NCBI GenBank assembly: GCA_043228905.1
Contig: JBHGNT010000010.1
Coordinates: 14,570,001-14,634,000 of the forward strand
Direction of reading: 5' to 3'
Source of the DNA: Azolla caroliniana
Lineage: Eukaryota > Plantae > Polypodiophyta
DNA: 64,000 bases
Numbering within the stretch: the first letter of the stretch is position 1; every line of letters begins with the position of its first letter. Below are positions 58,190 through 64,000 of this stretch, in pieces. The position numbers and the translations under genes are program-made. The notes beneath the pieces were generated by a model. The model worked only from the letters and a program-made list of their open reading frames with translations, was not told the DNA's origin and made no database searches.

Positions 58190-61100
58190 GCTCAATAGGT
58201 GAAGTCTAAATTGTGAGATGTGTATATTTATATTTATGTATAGCATTTGTATTACTGTTAGCCCTGGAAAGCACATGTAAATGGAGAGTAATTGTTTGTT
58301 CCGTTTTTTGAGATGCATCATCATTTTCAATTTTAACTTTTACACTGGATGCTGTAGAATGAGTATTTATTTTACTGTGTTCCTCTCGTATGCTATATGT
58401 ACTACGTTGAGCTGAGTGAGAGACTTTTCAATGAAGCTGCTTAACACAAAGATGTTGGATATGATATATTCTCTGATTTGGTCAATTTGATATAACATTG
58501 TTATAAGCTTTATTATTCACCATGATTGTGCATTTGAGCTTGCACAAGTGTGTTTTGTTGATTATTTTTTGCCATTATTGTGCTCTTTCTGATAAAAAGG
58601 ACTACCTGCTGTTGTTTACGATCACAATGTTGGAAAATGTTTCAAACTGTAAATTATAAGAGAAAGAAATGAAAGCAAGGAAAAGAAATCGGAAAGTGAT
58701 ATAATTTGCTTTCGAAAGTTTAAATTCGAATGGATTCAGTTGAATTGCAAACATAGCCCTCTTTAGTGTGCACATAGTACAATACATGATGAAAGCTAGA
58801 GAGATCAAACAAGAATTGAAAAGTATCAGATAATCACAATGTTGTTTGACAAAAATGAAACTTCCTACTAGGCTATACCATGCTCAATGAGTTGTCATGA
58901 TGTCCAATGTGTTGTGAAGTATGTTATATATGTGTATTTATATATTTTTTGGGTCAATCGTTGGCTTACATGAGAAAATGATTAGGAAAGAATGAAATGG
59001 CATTTGAGAAATGAGGGAAGCATTATTGGTTTCTACAATTGAATGTTGGATGATCACACATGCCATTTAAGTATTTAGATATATAATCGTCAATATTCAT
59101 TAGGTAAAAACTCTAAAAAAATGCCATTTGGAACAACCTTTCCTCCACATAAGTTGACATGTGATGGGCTTTGAGAGTGAAGTCCTCTACATGAGAAAGG
59201 AGAATAAGATTTACCATGTGCAATTGTACCTTAGAAGCTAGTACACGATTGGAAGGTAGCCAAGTTATGGACGACCACTATTATGAAGGTGGGGTTATTG
59301 GCATGTTTAGTTGGATTACCCTTTACGACGAAATCTTATGGTTGAAATCTAAGGATAGCCCATCCCTTCAAATGAACTATGATTTGGTCATGAGCTAGGT
59401 TCATATGCTCGCTATCATCAATTGGATGCATCCCATTGGAGCCCTATGTTGTCATGAGGATGGCCAAATTCTTCATTACTTCATAGTAGCCATATTTTGT
59501 GTCAAACTTAAGACTTTGGGTGATGGTATGTTTTGAACACCATTAGGAAGCACACATCCCAAAACAATCTAGTGCATATTGAGGATTTTCACAACTTCTT
59601 TACCTCCCTTGTGAATTTAATGGCATATTCTCATCTTAGCTTTACTTCTTGTTGGCACTAGTGTCACCACCCTCTCATACAAGGAATGGTTACAATTGGG
59701 TTTACTGTCCATAACACACACACACACACACACACATTGGTAATGCTCACATGTAGGCTTGCAAAGTAATGCCTATGAGATCATTGTTAGAATCATGTAT
59801 CCTCAAACAAGAGTGGTTTGAGTCAAGCCAATGTGATAGTGCGAAGTGCTCAATTAGTATACTTCTAAGAACATATGGCTTTGATTTAAAACACTTTGTA
59901 CGGGGTGTAATGTCCTTGAACCAATAACCTTATAAGGGGGCCTCACTCAAATTTAAGCTTACATGGCTAGTTGTTGACGTTTTGATAAGCCTAATGATGC
60001 AATTATCCTAGTCACTCCACCATGCCCTATTCCATTGGTTTTCACTCCATTAAAAACCCAAGTTAATAGTCTAGCCACCAAAAAGAACTCATGACAAGAT
60101 TGGGTGAATAGTCATGGTATATTGCCACAAGCTATGCAAGGGGACCTTCGCAATGTGGCACATGAAAAAGGAACGAACAATGGCTGAGGGGTGGCATAAA
60201 ATTAACACCCTAATTTCAATTATATGCCCCAAGTCGAAGTCCACTAGAGCTAAATTGCTTAAGTGCCCATATCGCCCACTCCAACAATTTATAGAAAGGG
60301 TTATATGAATAAAAGTGATATTGTGAAGTTATGCGCCTATGTGTGAAATGTGGGCAGGATTACCGAGAACCAAAACTAGGATTGTGATTGAGTTGTGGGT
60401 TTTGTGATTGAAATGTGGGTTTTGTGATTGAGTTGATGACTTCACAACCTTCATAATTGCCTGTTATAGTGGCTCCTAGATTCCTTCGGATAGTTTAGAT
60501 CTATTCTTTTCAATCTACATATTTGTATTTGCGTGTTTGTATTTATGTGTCAAAACCTATTGGTGTATGCTTAATTAAATAAATGTAATGTATGGGTATC
60601 TATAAATGTACCATATATATGTAGATTTGTATATTAATGTGTGGAAATATGTGTATTGGTTATTGTTGTGTAAATGACTAAGTGTGTGTATATTTATGGA
60701 AATATGTCAGTGCAAATGAGAGTGTGTACTTTGCGAAAATATTTGAATACACACACACACACATACACATAAAAGTGCTTGCAAGTTTGTGAATGTCATG
60801 TATAAATAACGTGATTGCTCCAGGACATGTCAACAAACCAAGTATACAGGAATATAATTAAAAAATATAGAAGAATGTAAACAATGGAGTACACCAACGG
60901 AAATAGCACACGTGGTTCTCCTTCGTTTGGTAAGGGAACAAGAATGTTGAGGTCCAATTCTTGTCTGCCCTTTACCATCCCCTCCACAAAATGTAGCTGC
61001 TTCTTAAGGCAGCTAACTACTTGTTCATGACGGGAGTATTGTTCCTAGAACGTAGCCGAGAAATTACCGATTTATCATTCCTTAATGAGGAAGATAGAAC

Positions 61101-61689
61101 AAGAAAAAAGAATCATTAACTTACTTGGAGGTTCTCCAAATTGTTATTAGCGACAATATTTACACTTAGAAGGTCCAGGTTCATTGAAAGAACCTGGATC
61201 TCTATCTGTAGTTGTATTTTCCGTTGGGGATCCAGCGGCCCCTCAATTTCGAGCTCATGTTGAGCAACCTGTTCCAGATAATGCCTCACTAAGCACATTT
61301 TCATGTGCAAGTTTTATAACATGTTACATACTAGCAAAACAATAGCTACCTGAATCTTATTTTTGATTGTTGTCATTGCCAAAGTGACCTTGCTCTCTAT
61401 CACAACAACCAATGTTGTTTTCTCTAAATCAGTCTTTGTTGCCTCTAAGGTCTCACAGGCTTCATGGACATTTTTCAGCATATAGCTAATCAATGTCTCA
61501 CCTGTATCATCGACATTGGCTTTCATTGTGTTTCGGTGTGGTGTATACTGGAAGGTTTGTTAGGAGTCAACAGTTGCATCATCAACTACCATGCTCTAGA
61601 ATCTTGCCATTTTTTGTTGCAACCTCCCCATCTTGTGTTTCTGAATATATATGTGTAAGTATTACATAAGTATGAGTAGGATATTTGTG

Positions 61690-62968
61690 TAAGTTCTTAT
61701 GTACGATACATGAATAATCTAGGAAGAGAACATTGGGCAACAGTGAAGTGGATACTTAGGTACTTAAAAGCCACCTCAGGGGTATGCCTAAGGTATGGTG
61801 TTAGAAAACCCATCTTGGAAGGATTTACCGACTCGAACATGTCGGGGGATGTAGACTCAAGCCTATCCACGTTAGGGTACGTGATGATCTATGCAGGGGG
61901 AGCAATATCGTGGCAGTCACGACTGCAGAAGTCTGTGGCCTTGTCGACCACAGAGGAAGAGTATATGGCAGCGATAGAGTTCGGCAAGGAGCTAATTTGG
62001 ATGAACAGTTTCCTTAGTGAACTCGGGATAAAGCAAGAAGAATTCTTGCTCCACTGTGATAATCAAAGTGTCATACATCTAGCAAAGAATGCCACGAACC
62101 ACTCCCGGACCAAGCATATACAGAGAAGGTATCACTGGTTGAGGGAGAAGGTTGAAGAAGGAGAGTTTACTTTCGTGAAGATCCATACTGATGACAATGG
62201 ATCTGACATGCTAACAAAGAACCTGCCGATGGACAAACTTAGAGTCTGTCAACAGAGGACAGGACTAACGGACTCCTCGCCACTGGAGTGAAGGGGGTGT
62301 TTGTTAGGAATATGTCCCTCCAATGAGAAGAGTTGATTGCTCGAAGAGAGCCGACAGTCAAAGATAGGGATTAGCCGACTGGTCTAGCCAAGAGCCGAGA
62401 GTCGATGATAGGGAGAGTCGACAAGAGGAGATAGAGGTCAAATACATGACCAGCTAGTCGGGCCAACCCGATAGTTGATGAATAGGCCGACTAGTCGGAC
62501 CGACCTGGACAATAGACAAATTAGTCGGCTGATTAGTAAGATTATTATTATTATTAGAGAATAATAATGGCCACAATAGTAAATAACCCATACTATGTAT
62601 TAATATATATACATACCTAGGGCAAACTGTATATAGAACAAAATAGTTGTAGCCTCTGTTACATAGCGTGATAGTGTGACGTTGTAGAGTGAGAGGGCAA
62701 GAGAGAGTGAGAAAGAGAGCGACACCATAGCTAGTGAGTTTGGATGTCAAGAGCCTTGTGCGTCTTATACACTCTGTTTTTCCAGAGTGTTGTATTGTAT
62801 GATCTCACCTTGTACTTCTCTCTATATAGTGGAATCTCTGTTCCCGTGGTTTTTCCCTGTTTAGGGTTTCCATGTATATACATTGTGTATTGTGCATTTG
62901 TTGTTTCCACGTGTGTTGTGTATTTCCGAGTTAGTCTTTGTCATAGATTTGAGGTTCGGCCCTCAACA
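61690..62968 (+). mobile_element. Ty1/copia 3' remnant: RNase H, PPT, 3' LTR (62302-~62968)
   Basis: ORF 61710..62291 (VKWILRYLK, ISWQSRLQ, HSRTKHIQRRYHW); PPT GAAGGGGG; LTR TGTTAGGAA...CAACA. Confidence 0.85.
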
Positions 62969-63517
62969 CATCTGACTTACCAATATAATGTAACAGATTC
63001 CTCAAATTTACTTTACATGTATAAAATCACATAGGTATACATCGAACCACATTGTATGCATAAAAGAATCCTAAACAAAGAAATAAACCAACAATGTAAT
63101 CGATATAGTAATAGAGGCCTTTGGTCTCTACACACACGCAACACCCAAATTAGTATACGCAATATGTAATTGAGGTATTGACCTCATATGAATACGAAAC
63201 ACATCGACACATCAAACATGTATAAGATGAATTTTGAATAACGTAACATTGTATGTAATACGATGGAGGCATGAACCTCATACGTATACATAATGCATAT
63301 ATGATTTATACACATAAAATACATCAATGACAACTTGTTCTAAATATTTATACTTAAACATGCATAATCATGGGAGAAGGAAGAATAGAATAAGGAGAAA
63401 CATTATTGGTTAATGGAAAGGTGATACCAAAGTTCTTTTATTGATGGCTTTCTCTATATACCCCGCTACGGACAAATCAATCAATCATTAGAAAGAAAGA
63501 AAATAAATCAACGAAAG

Positions 63518-64000
63518 TGTCGGGAACGCAACGTTCCTTATGCGCAACGCTCGGCCACAACCGAGCTTAGAATGATACACAGAAATACGGGAAATAAAAA
63601 CGCGACACAAAGAAGGAGAGAATACACAGGAAGTTTACGTGGAAAACCCCAAACTAGGGGGAAAAACCACGGCAGCCCACAGGCTGCAAACTGTCACTAT
63701 GTAGGAATATACAGCAGTGAGTTCACTGAGGCAACGACCTCGTGCTCACAGATCTTCGCCACAAGCGGCGGTTACAACAGAGGCAACGACCTCGTCTCTC
63801 TCTCTCTCTTTCTCTGTACAGTTACGCACTCTCTCTTCTTCTTGCACCAACAAGGAAGAAGGACAACAACAGTTTCTAAAAGTTTGCCCTAAGTCATATT
63901 TATACTAATATGACTTTTCGGCTATTTACAAATGTAGCCTCGATAGGCTCTCAGAAACATATTTACGAATATGTCTCCTCATCCGGTTCATACCGGGCCT
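63518..64000 (-). repeat. Copia LTR (3' or solo), truncated by the window end
   Basis: Similar in reverse orientation to LTRs 39603-40171/44235-44908 and in the same orientation to 2598-3201; no adjacent PBS. Confidence 0.8.

Noticed and set aside
58190-60790. Short ORFs and (CA)n tracts downstream of the PPR gene
   Set aside because: AT-rich, no recognisable domains (no DYW); probably highly decayed TE/intergenic DNA
62969-63517. AT-rich segment with short imperfect repeats (GAGG...ACCTCATA)
   Set aside because: Too short and degenerate to assign to an element

Overview
Plant nuclear DNA, inferred to be from a non-seed plant (probably a fern) from the PPR gene style and the retroelement lineages. 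About 55.4 kb is a deeply nested stack of at least 15 LTR-retrotransposon insertions, resolved by LTR termini, PBS/PPT and target-site duplications (TSDs). It contains several tRNA-Met-primed Ty1/copia elements; a tRNA-Trp-primed Ty3/gypsy family resembling fungal Ylt1-type elements (5 copies or remnants plus a solo LTR, 4-bp TSDs); a non-chromovirus Ty3/gypsy with a large extra 3' ORF; and one intact, very young Tcn1/Tf1-like chromovirus (48189-53943). One intronless PLS-E-class PPR host gene lies at 55991-58189, followed by AT-rich intergenic DNA and more copia remnants. Highlights: the young chromovirus has no tRNA PBS but a 12-nt Tf1-type self-priming signature and a canonical -1 frameshift cassette. 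The Trp-primed family puts a GGAUUUU-UAG frameshift after the protease, one copy lost it through an inverted duplication, and it has inserted twice in antisense at a conserved, covarying pre-PPT hairpin of its own relatives. All coordinates were read by eye, and lineage names are inferences that need phylogenetic confirmation.
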